NCBI GenBank assembly: GCA_950097015.1
Contig: CATNEN010000033.1
Span: forward strand, 3,782,001-3,846,000
Length of the DNA: 64,000 nucleotides
Direction of reading: 5' to 3'
Origin: Macrostomum hystrix
Lineage: Eukaryota; Animalia; Platyhelminthes
The notes beneath the pieces are model-generated. The model had not been told where the DNA came from, did not search any database, and saw only the letters and a program-made list of their open reading frames with translations. Positions within the stretch are counted from its first letter, which is position 1, and each line of letters starts with the position of its first letter. The position numbers were made by a program, and so were the translations under genes. Shown one piece after another: positions 37,538-49,886 of the stretch.

Positions 37538-38155
37538 CTGCACCGAAAATTCGGAGATTTCCGAGAAACCTCACCGAAAATTCGGAGATTTCCGACAAAC
37601 CGCACCGAAAATTCGTAGATTTCCGAGAAACCACACCGAAAATTCGGAGATTTCCGACAAACCGCACCGAAAATTCGGAGATTTCCGACAAACCGCACCG
37701 AAAATTCGTAGATTTCCGAGAAACCACACCGAAAATTCGTAGATTTCCGAGAAACCACACCGAAAATTCGGAGATTTCCGACAAACCGCACCGAAAATTC
37801 GTAGATTTCCGAGAAACCACACCGAAAATTCGGAGATTTCCGACAAACCGCACCGAAAATTCGGAGATTTCAAACAAACCGCACCGAAAATTCCGAGATT
37901 TCCGACAAACCGCACCGAAAATTCGGAGATTTCCGACAAACCGCACCGAAAATTCGTAGATTTCCGAGAAACCACACCGAAAATTCGGAGATTTCCGACA
38001 AACCGCACCGAAAATTCGTAGATTTCCGAGAAACCTCACCGAAAATTCGGAGATTTCCTACAAACCACACCGAAAATTCGGAGATTTCCTACAAACCACA
38101 CCGAAAATTCGGAGATTTCCTACAAACCGCACCGAAAATTCGGAGATTTCCTACT
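37538..38155. repeat. 31-bp minisatellite (CCGAAAATTCGGAGATTTCCGACAAACCGCA)n
   Basis: About 20 units, each with an internal quasi-palindrome CCGAAAATTCGG. Confidence 0.96.
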
Positions 38156-38253
38156 AGAGACTTCGGTAATCGGTTCGCTAACCAATTTATTAAAAAGCTG
38201 AGGAAATGATCCCCATGGGAAGGTGTCAGATTGCTGTCCCAGGTCGTGGGAAA

Positions 38254-41200
38254 TCACAGCTGCCCCCTGCTAGCCATGTGGGCCTCGACCGCGCGCCACA
38301 GCGCCGAAATGTTGCCGGCGCCGAAGCCGCGCGCGCCGACGCGGCGAATCAGCTCCAGGAAGAAGGTGTCCTCGCTGAGCAGGGGCTTCGTGAACACCTG
38401 CATCAGGTATCTGAGAAGGCGGGCGAGGCAAATTATTTACGATGATGCTTCCGAACTAACCGAAGATTATAAAATATTAATCCATCAGATAATTCATCGC
38501 TAACGCTTATCCCAGGGAAAAGCGTAAGGACTATCCCAATAATTCCCTTTCGCAGAATCCCGATAGATGGTCAATTAGACGATCCTCTCAGCCTAGCCGA
38601 TAATCCTTTCAGCCAAGCCAATAATCCTCTCTCAGCCTAGCCGATAATCCTCCCTCAAACTAGCCGATAATCCTTTCAGCCAAGCCAATAATCCTCTCTC
38701 AGCCTAGCCGATAATCCCCCTCAGCCTAGCCGATAATCCTCTCTCAGCCTAGCCGATAATCCTCTCTCAGCCTAGCCGATAATCCCCCTCAGCCTAGCCG
38801 ATAATCCTCTCTCAGCCTAGCCGATAATCCTCTCTCAGCCTAGCTGATAATCCTCTCTCAATCTAGCCGATAATCCTCTCTCAGCCTAGCCGATAATCCT
38901 CTCTCAATCTAGCCGATAATCCTCTCTTAGTCTAGCCGATAATCCTCTCTCAGCCTAGCCGATAATCCTCTTTCAGCCTAGCCGATAATCCTCTCTTAGT
39001 CTAGCCGATAATCCTCTCTCAGCCTAGCCGATAATCCTCTCTCAGCCTAGCCGATAATCCTCTCTCAGTCTAGCCAATAATCCTCTCTTAGTCTAGCCGA
39101 TAATCCTCTCTCAGTCTAGCCGATAATCCTCTCTTAGTCTAGTCGATAATCCTCTCTTAGCTTAGTCGATAATTGACTCTCAGCCTAGCCGATAATCCTC
39201 TCTTAGTCTAGCCAATAATCCTCTCTTAGTCTAGCCGATAATCCTCTCTCAGCCTAGCCGATAATCCTCTCTCAGCCTAGCCGATAATCCTCTCTCAGCC
39301 TAGCTGATAATCCCCTCTCAGCCTAGCCGATAATCCTCTCTTAGTCTAGCCGATAATCCTCTCTCAGCCTAGCCGATAATCCTCTCTCAGCCTAGCCGAA
39401 AATCCTCTCTCAGCCTAGCCGATAATCCTCTCTCAATCTAGCCGATAATCCTCTCTTAGTCTAGCCGATAATCCTCTCTCAGCCTAGCCGATAATCCTCT
39501 CTTAGTCTAGCCGATAATCCTCTCTTAGCTTAGTCGATAATTGACTCTCAGCCTAGCCGATAATCCTCTCTTAGTCTAGCCAATAATCCTCTCTTAGTCT
39601 AGCCGATAATCCTCTCTCAGCCTAGCCGATAATCCTCTCTCAGCCTAGCCGATAATCCTCTCTCAGCCTAGCTGATAATCCTCTCTCAGCCTAGCCGATA
39701 ATCCTCTCTCAGCCCTCTCTTAGTCTAGCCGATAATCCTCTCTTAGCTTAGTCGATAATCCTCTCTTAGCTTAGTCGATAATTGACTCTCAGCCTAGCCG
39801 ATAATCCTTTCAGCCTAGCCAATAATCCTCTCTTAGTCTAGCCAATAATCCTCTCTTAGTCTAGCCGATAATCCTCTCAGCCTAGCCGATAATCCTCTCT
39901 CAGCCTAGCCAATAATCCTCTCTTAGACGAGCTGATAATCCCTGATAATCGCTAAATATCCGACAATGTCTTAATCTGCGCGAATGGCTGTTCTGTCCAT
40001 TCACCCACAAACTAATCTGACTGCGGGACTATTCCTCTAGCACGGCTCACCTGTCACTGTTGTCCGCGCTGCCGACGTGGTCGCCGCCGTCGGCCTCGCA
40101 ATCGACCAGGATGTGATTGTCGCGCACCGTCTGAAGGTCCAGGCCGGACTCAGTGATCTGCTGCACTTTGCCAATCTGAAGATAAATAGAAAATCATTGG
40201 TGCGCTGAGGCATTGTAAAGGGAGCGAATAAAATGCGGATAAGAAGCGGAAAAGAAGCGGATACGAAGCGGAAGGAAGCGGCTAAGAAGCGGAAGGAAGC
40301 GGATAAGAAGCGGAAGGAAGCGAAAGGAAGCGGATAAGAAGCTGAAGGAATCGGAAGGAAGCGGATAAGAAGCGGAAGGAAGTGGATAAGAAGCGGAAGG
40401 AAGCGGATAAGAAGCGGATACGAAGCGGAAGGAAGCGGATAAGAAACGGATAAGAAGTGGATACGAAGCGGAAGGAAGCGGATAAGAAGCGGAAGGAACC
40501 GGATAAAAAGTGGAAGGAAGCGGATAAGAAGCTGAAGGAATCGGAAGGAAGCGGATAAGAAGCGGAAGGAAGCGGATAAGAAGCGGAAGGAAGCGGATAA
40601 GAAGCGGAAGGAACCGGATAAAAAGTGGAAGGAAGCGGATAAGAAGCGGAAGGAAGCGGATAAGAAGCGGAAGGAAGCGAAAGGAAGCGGATAAGAAGCG
40701 GAAGGAAGCGGATAAGAAACGGAAAGAAGCGGATAAGAAACGGAAAGAAGCGGATAAGAAGCGGAAGGAAGCGGATAAGAAGCGGAAGGAAGCGGATAAG
40801 AAGTGGAAGGAAGCGAAATGAAGCGGAAGGAAGCGGATAAGAAGCGGAAGGAAGCGGATAAGAAGCGGATACGAAGCGGAAGGAAGCGGATAAGAAACGG
40901 ATAAGAAGTGGATACGAAGCGGAAGGAAGCGGATAAGAAGCGGAAGGAACCGGATAAAAAGTGGAAGGAAGCGGATAAGAAACGGAAGGAAGCGGATAAG
41001 AAGCGGAAGGAAGCGAAAGGAAGCGGATAAGAAGCAGATAAGAAACGGAAGGAAGCGGATAAGAGGCGAAAGGAAGCGGATACTCCATCAGCACACCTCA
41101 TTGCTGTAGTAAGTCGCAGGCGGGTCCATAAACTCCATACCGCGCTGCCTATAGGTGGCCACCTGATGTACAAAGTTGTCCAGGTGGATGGCCACGTGCT

Positions 41201-41930
41201 GCACGCCGGAGCCGCCGTGCTCGCGCAGGAATGTGTTGATCTGGTTGGGGCCTGTGGGTCAGTTAGCGAAAATAGCAGGAAGCAGCTTAGAAAGTGGGCT
41301 GTTATCAATGCCAGTAGGTATTAAATATCTAATCTCATAACTTTGCTGCTAGGGGGGTCTGTGGCAGAGCGGTTAACGCGTTTGCCTCTCGCACCACGGT
41401 CACTAAGTTCGATTCTACAGCGAGGCGACATTTATTTGGGGCGCAGCCGCGGAGAGAAGGCTTTGGGGGCTTGCCGTGCAATTGGGGCCCTTGTGGACCA
41501 ACCTCCAAGGCACAGTGAGAGTGTACACTGCCTGACGATGAGAAAGTCAAGGTAGATGTAAACACCTGCGTACAGTATCTGTGTGGGTGTGTGCTCAGGA
41601 GTCAGCGAAATGGGCGGTATTGCCTCCTCGCTGGATGCGGGTCTAGTGTCACCAAATGATGTGCCAATGCCGTCCTGCAATTATTATTATTATTATTACT
41701 ATTTTACATTAACTTTGCTGCTAAAAGCTGCCGCACAAAGCAGAAAGCGAAACAAACCCGAATTCAGCGACTCCGCGAACACGAACTTCAGCCCGCTGTA
41801 GTGATGACTGTCGTCTGGCGGCTCCGTGGAGGCGATGGCCTTCAGATTCATGCCGGAGTCTTTGTAGCGCACCGTGAACCCACCCTCCGTCTCCGTGCTG
41901 CCGATGAGTTGAGGAAATTATAGGACTGCC

Positions 41931-41977
<47 letters not shown>

Positions 41978-41978
41978 A

Positions 41979-42053
<75 letters not shown>

Positions 42054-42054
42054 A

Positions 42055-42153
<99 letters not shown>

Positions 42154-42154
42154 A

Positions 42155-42189
<35 letters not shown>

Positions 42190-42206
42190 AAGACAGACAG
42201 ACAGAA

Positions 42207-42237
<31 letters not shown>

Positions 42238-42238
42238 A

Positions 42239-42273
<35 letters not shown>

Positions 42274-43929
42274 AAGGCAGCTACCTGTTGACCCTGTAGC
42301 GGGGCAGCTGGAAGATCCGCTCGTACCAGGCCAGAACGCGGGCGGACTCGCTGGCGTGGCAGGCCAGGGCCACGTGATCGATGAAGGCGCTGGCCCGGCT
42401 CTCTTCTCCGTCATCAGGGGATGCCGTTTGCCTGAGCAATAGTTAAAATAGAACGCAGCTAAAGACCAGAGACACTGAATCTCGTGAGGGTCATGACCAC
42501 AGACACTGAATCTCGTGAGGGTCATGACCAGAGACACTGAATCTCGTGAGGGTCATGACCAGAGACACTGAATCTCGTGAGGGTCATGACCACAGACACT
42601 GAATCTCGTGAGGGTCATGACCAGAGACACTGAATCTCGTGAGGGTCATGACCAAAGATACTGAATCTCGTGAGGGTCATGACCAGAGACACTGAATCTC
42701 GTGAGGGTCATGACCAGAGACACTGAATCTCGTGAGGGTCATGACCAGAGACACTGAATCTCGTGAGGGTCATGACCAGAGACACTGAATCTCGTGAGGG
42801 TCATGACCAGAGACACTGAATCTCGTGAGGGTCATGACCAAAGATACTGAATCTCGTGAGGGTCATGACCAGAGACACTGAATCTCGTGAGGGTCATGAC
42901 CAGAGACACTGAATCTCGTGAGGGTCATGACCAGAGACACTGAATCTCGTGAGGGTCATGACCAAAGACACTGAATCTCGTGAGGGTCATGACCAAAAAC
43001 ACTGAATCTCGTGAGGGTCACGACCAGAGACACTGAATCTCGTGAGGGTCATGACCAGAGACACTGAATCTCGTGAGGGTCATGACCAAAAACACTGAAT
43101 CTCGTGAGGGTCATGACCAGAGACACTGAATCTCGTGAGGGTCATGACCAGAGAAACTGAATCTCGTGAGGGTCATGACCAAAAACACTGAATCTCGTGA
43201 GGGTCATGACCAAAGACACTGAATCTCGTGAGGGTCATGACCAAAGACACTGAATCTCGTGAGGGTCATGACCAGAGACACTGAATCTCGTGAGGGTCAT
43301 GACCAAAATCACTGAATCTCGGGAGGCACTGAATCTCGGGAGGCACTGAATCTCGGGAGGCACTGAATCTCGGGAGGCACTGAATCTGTGGAGACACTGA
43401 ATCTGTGGAGACACTGAATCTCGGGAGGCACTGAATCTCGGGAGGCGCTGAATCTCGGGAGGCACTGAATCCCGTCCTAAACTCACGCGGGCACTAAATC
43501 CGGGAAGCAGGCGGACAGTGATTGGCCGGCCGGAGTCCGCTGGGGCAGCCGCTGCTGCAGCACAGTGTGCCACAGTTTGCAGCCAACAGGTGATCGAAAA
43601 CGCAGCGCTGGGACTGAGCCGCAGGTGACTCGGGCTGCAGCTTCTGAGTAGTCCCGGCCTGAGGCGAACAAATCAAGGCGGGGAGTCTCGAAGGCGACGT
43701 CGACCACGCTGTCGGGGCCGGCGGCGGCGGCTGCGGGTCTCAGCAGGAGCCTGGCCCGGCCTTTGGTGATGAGGGCGCCGTGACCGATGCCCCTGGGATG
43801 AACCAGGGTCGGCCTGAAGTCCATGCCGGAGCACAGACGGTCGAGCAGGCGGCCGAGCCGTTTGGTGCGAATCTCCACGTGGTGAACGCGCAGCAGCAGC
43901 TGCGATCCGGCTGCCTGCGCGCCAGACAT
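38254..43929 (-). CDS. HPDL: 4-hydroxyphenylpyruvate dioxygenase-like protein (HPDL orthologue), 388 aa, 6 exons
   Basis: Exons (minus strand): 43929-43487, 42431-42285, 41897-41758, 41251-41097, 40175-40051, 38410-38254. All GT-AG and phase-consistent, 1167 nt. Metal-ligand motifs [17 protein letters not shown] and [38 protein letters not shown] match the HPDL C-terminus as I recall it ([32 protein letters not shown]) better than HPD. Confidence 0.92.
38580..39950. repeat. 23-bp minisatellite (CTAGCCGATAATCCTCTCTCAGC)n in HPDL intron 5
   Basis: About 58 units. Confidence 0.96.
40236..41082. repeat. 21-bp purine-rich minisatellite (GAAGCGGATAAGAAGCGGAAG)n in HPDL intron 4
   Basis: About 40 units; source of the spurious 423-aa ORF. 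Confidence 0.96.
41352..41709 (+). mobile_element. tRNA-derived SINE, copy 2 (in HPDL intron 3)
   Basis: A box TGGCAGAGCGG (41362-41372), B box GTTCGATTC (41407-41415), (TTA)n tail, and a perfect 14-bp TSD TAACTTTGCTGCTA (41338-41351 and 41710-41723). Confidence 0.9.
41928..42275. repeat. (CAGA)n microsatellite in HPDL intron 2
   Basis: About 86 tetramer units. Confidence 0.98.
42462..43472. repeat. 31-bp minisatellite (GAATCTCGTGAGGGTCATGACCAGAGACACT)n followed by a related 17-bp array, HPDL intron 1
   Basis: About 27 units of 31 bp, then about 9 units of GAATCTCGGGAGGCACT. Confidence 0.96.
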
Positions 43930-44460
43930 GCCTGCAACGATTGACGGCTGAGCTTGACTACTGATAGTAAGATATTGCGAGTTCTCGCGTGTCAGTAGCA
44001 TCTCACTGTGATCGCTGGGTTAAAGAGGGCTGATCTGATTAACGACAAACGAGAAGTAAAAGTAAGTAACGGAAAATTATGTAAAAGTTGTCTGGTGTAT
44101 AAAACTTGATACGAGCGTAAAAATAAAAAAACAAAATAATACATTGATCTAATAATTCCATTCTAATATTATATTGGTACTAAATGTATTTGTACCGTCC
44201 ATTTTTGCCTCTTACAAAAAAATAGCTGGGAGAAACATGCAAACACGAGAGCAAAAAGATAGCAAAAATCTAAAATAGATCTTTCGCTTTAACGGCAGAA
44301 ATGCGTAATGATCAGCGCTACTTAAAGTACGAGTATAAACAGTTGAAGCTAGAAATCTACAAGTGAAATTTATTTTATTTCAGAAGTTCCATCAACCCTA
44401 CTTTGGAAGTATACTACGCTCGTGCCAATATGTCCCTAAAAAGATACTTTAACTCCCATG

Positions 44461-46424
44461 TGATGTATCCCCAGCCTTAGTTGTGTGGCTTTGGCCATAG
44501 ACAATTTTACGCATGCCTGCAACCGTATGCGAATATACTGAAGACGGCCACCCGGACTGAGCGGATTATTACGCTAAGCCGATTATCTAGTAGAGATACA
44601 ACATGGCATTCGCAAGCAGCGATTAAGCCACCGAGAAAACCATGACCAGCAAGATCGACATTAAATCCGCACCGAAGTTCGACATTGATTTCCAGAAGCA
44701 CCTATTTGCCCAATGGCAATCGATGTGGGAAGGTTTCGAAGTGCTGTCTCGACTGACTGCAGTGGCAAGCGAAGGCGAGAAGAAACTGCAACTCTACGCT
44801 CTACGGAACTGCCTCAGTCTGGAAACACTGAAGCTGGTGCAGAGCCTGCCAAGCTTAAAGGACGAAGATAAGTCCGACGCGGATAAGATCTTGGAAGCTT
44901 TGAAGGCTTTCATAGTCGGTGAGATCAACGAACCTGATGAGAGAAGAGAATTCTGGCTAATAAGCCAACGCCCAGATGAGCGTTTCTCAGACTGGTTCGT
45001 CTGCCTGAAAGAACTGGCCACCAAGTGCAACTTCGGCAGATGTTGCGACAACTGCGCGAAATACATGCTTCGAGACAGGATCGTCACTGGCACGCGCAAC
45101 GCCAGCGTGGTCGAGAAGCTTCTCCAAGAAGGAAGTGGGGCTGACCCTGGAGACAGCCAAGCGCATCTGCGAATCTGCCGAATCAGCCAAACACAAGAGT
45201 GTCGTCATCACGGTTGAGCACTCCGCGATGAATGCCCTGAGAGGCAAATCGGCGTTTAAACAGGGACGAGGTCCGCAACGAGAGCACCGCAACAAATCAA
45301 CTCAACGTGTGACACAATGCCCATTGTGCGGGAAGCAGCACGCTCCCACCAGACAGAATTGTCCTGCGTTCGGCAAAGAGTGCAAGAAGTGCGGGAGGAA
45401 GAATCACTTCGCGCAAGTTTGCAAGTCAACGACAGAAAGGACGAGCAAGCCGAAGAACATCTCAGAAGCACATGGCAACACAATCGCCTCAGTGATCTCA
45501 ACGGTTGACGACGCGCTTGAGAAGATTGAAGTGACAGTGATAACAGGAAAGGGCACATGTCGGATTCCGATGCTATCGGACACTGGGTCCAGTATAGACG
45601 CGATCCTAGCAGCCGAGTTGCCAAAGCTGAAGATCAAAGCAAAAAGCTGGCAATGTCTATGGTAGTACCCACAGGAGTCGATGGAAGAACAATTGAGAAC
45701 TTGGGAACTACAAAAGTACTTCTGAAACTGGGCGACAAAGTGCTAGAGAAGGAGATTCTTGTATTGAAGAATATCTCTGGAGCAATTCTATCCCGACAGA
45801 CCTGCAAGTAGTTTGCGCTGATCGCACAAGAATTCCCTCACTACGTGCACATGCACCAGATAACCGGAGGCAGCACACCAAGTCACACCGATGCCGAGCA
45901 ACTAATGTCCGAATACCCAGAGCTGTTCAAAGGTCAAGTGACGCACTTGCCCGGAGAGGAATTCAAAATTAAACTGAAGACAAACGCCGAACCATTTGCC
46001 ATCTCATGTCCAAGGAAGATCGCTGAACCCCTGAAGGACAAGCTGAGGGCCGAGTTGAACGAACTGGAGGAACAGGGCAATGAACGCATCACCGAGCCGA
46101 CAGAGTGGTGCGCCCCAATTACAGTTCAAAATAAGAAGGAATCCGGAAAGATCCGACTCTGCGTCGACTTGAGGAACCTCAACAAATACGTGGTGCGAGA
46201 ACGCTACGTGAGCAGTACACCATTTGAAATCGTCTCGAGATTACCACCAGGAGCAAGATTCTTTACGAAGGTTGACGCTCTCAAAGGCTACCATCAAATC
46301 CCAGAATTCCCAGACAATTAGACAATTATACGCGTGCCTGTAACCCTATGCAAATATACTGAAGACGGCCACCGCGACTGAGCGGATTATTACGCTGAGC
46401 CGATTATCTAGTAGAGATACAACA
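44461..46424 (+). mobile_element. Internally deleted, decayed Ty3/Gypsy (Mag-like) LTR retrotransposon
   Basis: 143-bp 5' LTR at 44461-44603 (TGATGTATC...GATACAACA), PBS-like TGGCATTCG at 44604, and 3' LTR remnant at 46319-46424. 5-bp TSD CCATG on both sides. gag from 44642 with Cys/His knuckles (CPLCG...CKKCGRKNHFAQVC), protease LSDTGS, RT (WCAPITV, IRLCVDLRNLN, FTKVDALKGYHQIP). Frameshifts and a stop at 45809-45811; RNase H and integrase absent. Confidence 0.93.
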
Positions 46425-46435
46425 CCATGCAGAAT

Positions 46436-47098
46436 CATTCACCCCACTCAGTGTACTTTGAATCCCTCAACCCCTCAGTGAACATTGGATCCCTCACCCC
46501 TCTCAGTGTACTTTGAATCCCTCAACCCCTCAGTGTTCATTGAATCCCTCAACCCCTCTCAGTGAACATTGGATCCCTCACCCCTCTCAGTGTACTTTGA
46601 ATCCCTCAACCCCTCAGTGTTCATTGAATCCCTCAACCCCTCTCAGTGAACATTGGATCCCTCACCCCTCTCAGTGTACTTTGAATCCCTCAACCCCTCA
46701 GTGTTCATTGAATCCCTCAACCCCTCTCAGTGAACATTGGATCCCTCACCCCTCTCAGTGTACATTGGATCCCTCACCCCTCTCAGTGTACATTGGATCC
46801 CTCACCCCTCTTATTGAACATTGGATCCCCACTTAGTGTAGAGTGAATCCCTCACCCCTATTTAGTGTACATTCGATCCCTCATCCCCACTCAGTGTACA
46901 TTCGATCCCTTATGCCTACTCAATGTACATCGGATCCTGAACCCCAATCAGCGTACATTGAATCCCTTACCCCCACTCAGTGTACATCGGATCTCTCACC
47001 CCACTCAGCGTACATTGGAAACATCACCCCACTCAGCGTACATTGGAAACATCACCCCACTCAGTGTAAATTGGATTTATCAGCTATCAGATGTACAC
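46436..47098. repeat. ~28-bp minisatellite with 84-bp higher-order period (GAATCCCTCAACCCCTCAGTG...)
   Basis: Three-unit 84-bp periodicity at 46515-46760, decaying toward 47098; begins right after the LTR element. Confidence 0.9.
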
Positions 47099-47145
47099 TG
47101 AGCTTCAAATAGAGAGTGACAAAAATAAACAGACAACTCAGTCTT

Positions 47146-47526
47146 TCATTTCTTTTGAGAGGAGGACTGCTCCAGATCCTCTTCTGGCTTCTCGGCCTCC
47201 TTGACGGCCGCCGCCGCCTCAGCTTTTCGCAGCTCCTCCTCCATCTGCTGCCACTCGCGGCGCTGCTTGGCCTCCTCACGTTCTCGCTTGCGAATCTTGG
47301 TCAGCACCTTCTGAATCGCCTTCCGATTGATCCGACTGCTCAGCTCGTATCCATCTTCTGGCGCCAGAGGCAATGGCGGCGGCGGAACAGCCGGAGGGAA
47401 GTTGATCTGAGTGGAGGTGGTGAAGCGACAGCGGTGTAGAAGAGATCGAGTCAGAATTATTGAGCACGGCAGACCACTGCGAGCCACAATGACACCTGCT
47501 GCTGCTGCTGCTGAACCAACCGACAT
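47146..47526 (-). CDS. Candidate small protein or terminal exon (126 aa), basic/coiled-coil C-half
   Basis: MSVGSAAAAAGVIVARSGLPCSIILTRSLLHRCRF...KIRKREREEAKQRREWQQMEEELRK. GC-rich and coding-like. An acceptor TTCCAG lies at 47532-47533, just upstream of the ATG. Confidence 0.55.
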   Translation of the reverse strand: MSVGSAAAAAGVIVARSGLPCSIILTRSLLHRCRFTTSTQINFPPAVPPPPLPLAPEDGYELSSRINRKAIQKVLTKIRKREREEAKQRREWQQMEEELRKAEAAAAVKEAEKPEEDLEQSSSQKK

Positions 47527-47574
47527 GGCAACTGGAATTTGCGTTTCAGGGCACCAGAACCTGTTTTTAATGAC

Positions 47575-47905
47575 ATTGAGGATAGTGGCTTTGCAATGGG
47601 ATCTGGGAGGATAGTGGCTTTGCAATGGGATCTGGGAGGATAGAGGCTTTGCAATGGGATCTGGGAGGATAGAGGCTTTGCAATGGGATCTGGGAGGATA
47701 GAGGCTTTGCAATGGGATCTGGGAGGATAGAGGCTTTGCAATGGGATCTGGGAGGATAGAGGCTTTGCAATGGGATCTGGGAGGATAGTGGCTTTGCAAT
47801 GGGATCTGGGAGGATAGAGGCTTTGCAATGGGATCTGGGAGGATAGTGGCTTTGCAATGGGATCTGGGAGGATAGAGGCTTTGCAATGGGATCTGGTGGA
47901 TAGTG
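47575..47905. repeat. 29-bp minisatellite (GGATAGAGGCTTTGCAATGGGATCTGGGA)n
   Basis: About 11 units. Confidence 0.96.
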
Positions 47906-48949
47906 GCTCAACCTTGGGATTTGTACTGTGGTGGTTAAAATGAAGTTAAAAGCAAGAAATTGTGGTTTTTTTCTGATGCAAAGTATAAATATTTCAATTT
48001 CATGTGAATAAAGAATATATATTAATAATTGATTTGAAATTGTATCATTATAATACAAGCCAAAGATCTGGGTACTATAAACTGTTTATCAACTCGCATT
48101 CGCATCAGATAGAGTCTTCATAAGGACAATCCGAGTTCTGCGGTCAGCAACAAATTTACAGAGCTTGCAAAGTGCGGCGTATGCAAGTGAAAGAAAGAGA
48201 AAACTTTAATGTATATATATATATATAGAGCAGATATAGAGACACCACAGTTTTGGGACACGATTGGGCATTAAAAATGACATAATACAATTTAAACTAG
48301 AAATCTCTTATAAATATGTAAGCTATATGTCTATAAGTTCTCAAATTAGATTAGTTTAACCACAGATGTTCATCTATGAGATAAGGCTGCTCTCGGGTGT
48401 TACTATTGTACTTATGGAAGTGAAGAATTGAATAGTCCGCTTGTATTACAGGCGTCTCCGTATTGAAGGCATGCAAATTACTACTGCTGCAGCTACTACT
48501 AGGAGTAGCAATAGCACAGAAAACAAAGGAAAGCAGTAGAATGGCGAAAGCAACGAATCAAAGCAGAGAAGCAAACGCGGCTATGGGGAAAAATAACTAA
48601 TTTGATAAATTCGTGCCGATCACATGACTGGGTGATGCACACTGAGTGTTAAGGGGACTCTACTAGAAATCAACAAATCTTTCTTTATTTTTCAGTTCTC
48701 GTGCCTTCCACTAAAAGACAATGAGAGAAAACAAAATGACAGAATAATAAAAAGTTCTGCAGATCTGACTTTATCTGGATAAATACCATGAGCACAGAAC
48801 AAGTCCAACGAAATTCGTAGAATAAGAATCAAATGAGAACCTCTAAACTCCACCCAATGGGCAGTGTTCAGGAGAACCTCGGGTATCAGCTAGGTCATGC
48901 ACCCGGAGACATATTTAAGACCCTGTTAGCCAGCATATAATCATTTGAG

Positions 48950-49260
48950 CACACCCTGATCTTGAGTCCCTTTTGAGCACGCCCTGACCATGAGTCCATT
49001 ATGAACACAGCCAGACCTTAAGTTCATTTTGAGCACGCCCTGACCATGAGTCCATTATGAGCACAGCCAGACCTTAAGTTCATTTTGAGCACGCCCTGAC
49101 CATGAGTCCATTATGAGCACAGCCAGACCTTAAGTTCATTTTGAGCACTCCCTGACCATGAGTCCATTATGAGCACACCCAAACCTCGAATCTATTTTAG
49201 TCAAGTTCAGAGCTTGAATCTACTTTGAGCACATATTAAGCTTGATTTCATCGTGAGCAC
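48950..49260. repeat. 56-bp tandem repeat (two ~28-bp GAGCAC subunits)
   Basis: About 4 good copies of TTTTGAGCACGCCCTGACCATGAGTCCATTATGAGCACAGCCAGACCTTAAGTTCA. Confidence 0.88.
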
Positions 49261-49886
49261 ACCATATGTGAGCACATCTTTAGCATAGCTTTACATGATT
49301 TTTAGCGTGAACACAGACAACTACGGTCCTAACAGATAACGATCGTGTTTCTGGGCAAAGGCGCAGCAATTTAGATCAAAAAACGAAAAAACGGAGCTTC
49401 TGCTGGTGGTTAAAATAGCTTCAGTGAAAATAAAGGAAGCTTGGCTGAAGCGCAAAAATGATGAAAGAAGGAAGCGAGTGAAATTCTTTTGGAGAGGGAA
49501 AACCGCACAGAAGCAATCGCATCGAAAGAGTGGTGCTCGATTAAAAAATTATGAGCCATACTTAACACAGAATCAAAGAAGCAGACAATGGTTTAATTTG
49601 AAGAAAATATAGTTTTTTTGGGGCGATCAGGCTAAGGCATGAGTGGTTAAATCTAGTAAATTAAAGAACAATGGCAAAAGCACACAGTAAAGCATAGTGA
49701 ATTCTGAAATCTTCTGTCTAGAATAAGCGTACACAGTACAAAACACTTCAATGAAGGCTTGCACACCTAATCTTTACTTCGGTGAAATTTAATTATCAAA
49801 CAGCAACATAGATTCGGGTCAATTTAGACTTACAAATATGCATTCATCTATAAAGAAGATCTAGCAATGTACTGCGGCATAAAAGT

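Noticed and set aside
45130-45665. Programmed ribosomal frameshifts in the retroelement
   Set aside because: The shifts fall inside gag and protease, alongside an in-frame stop in pol, which fits mutational decay.
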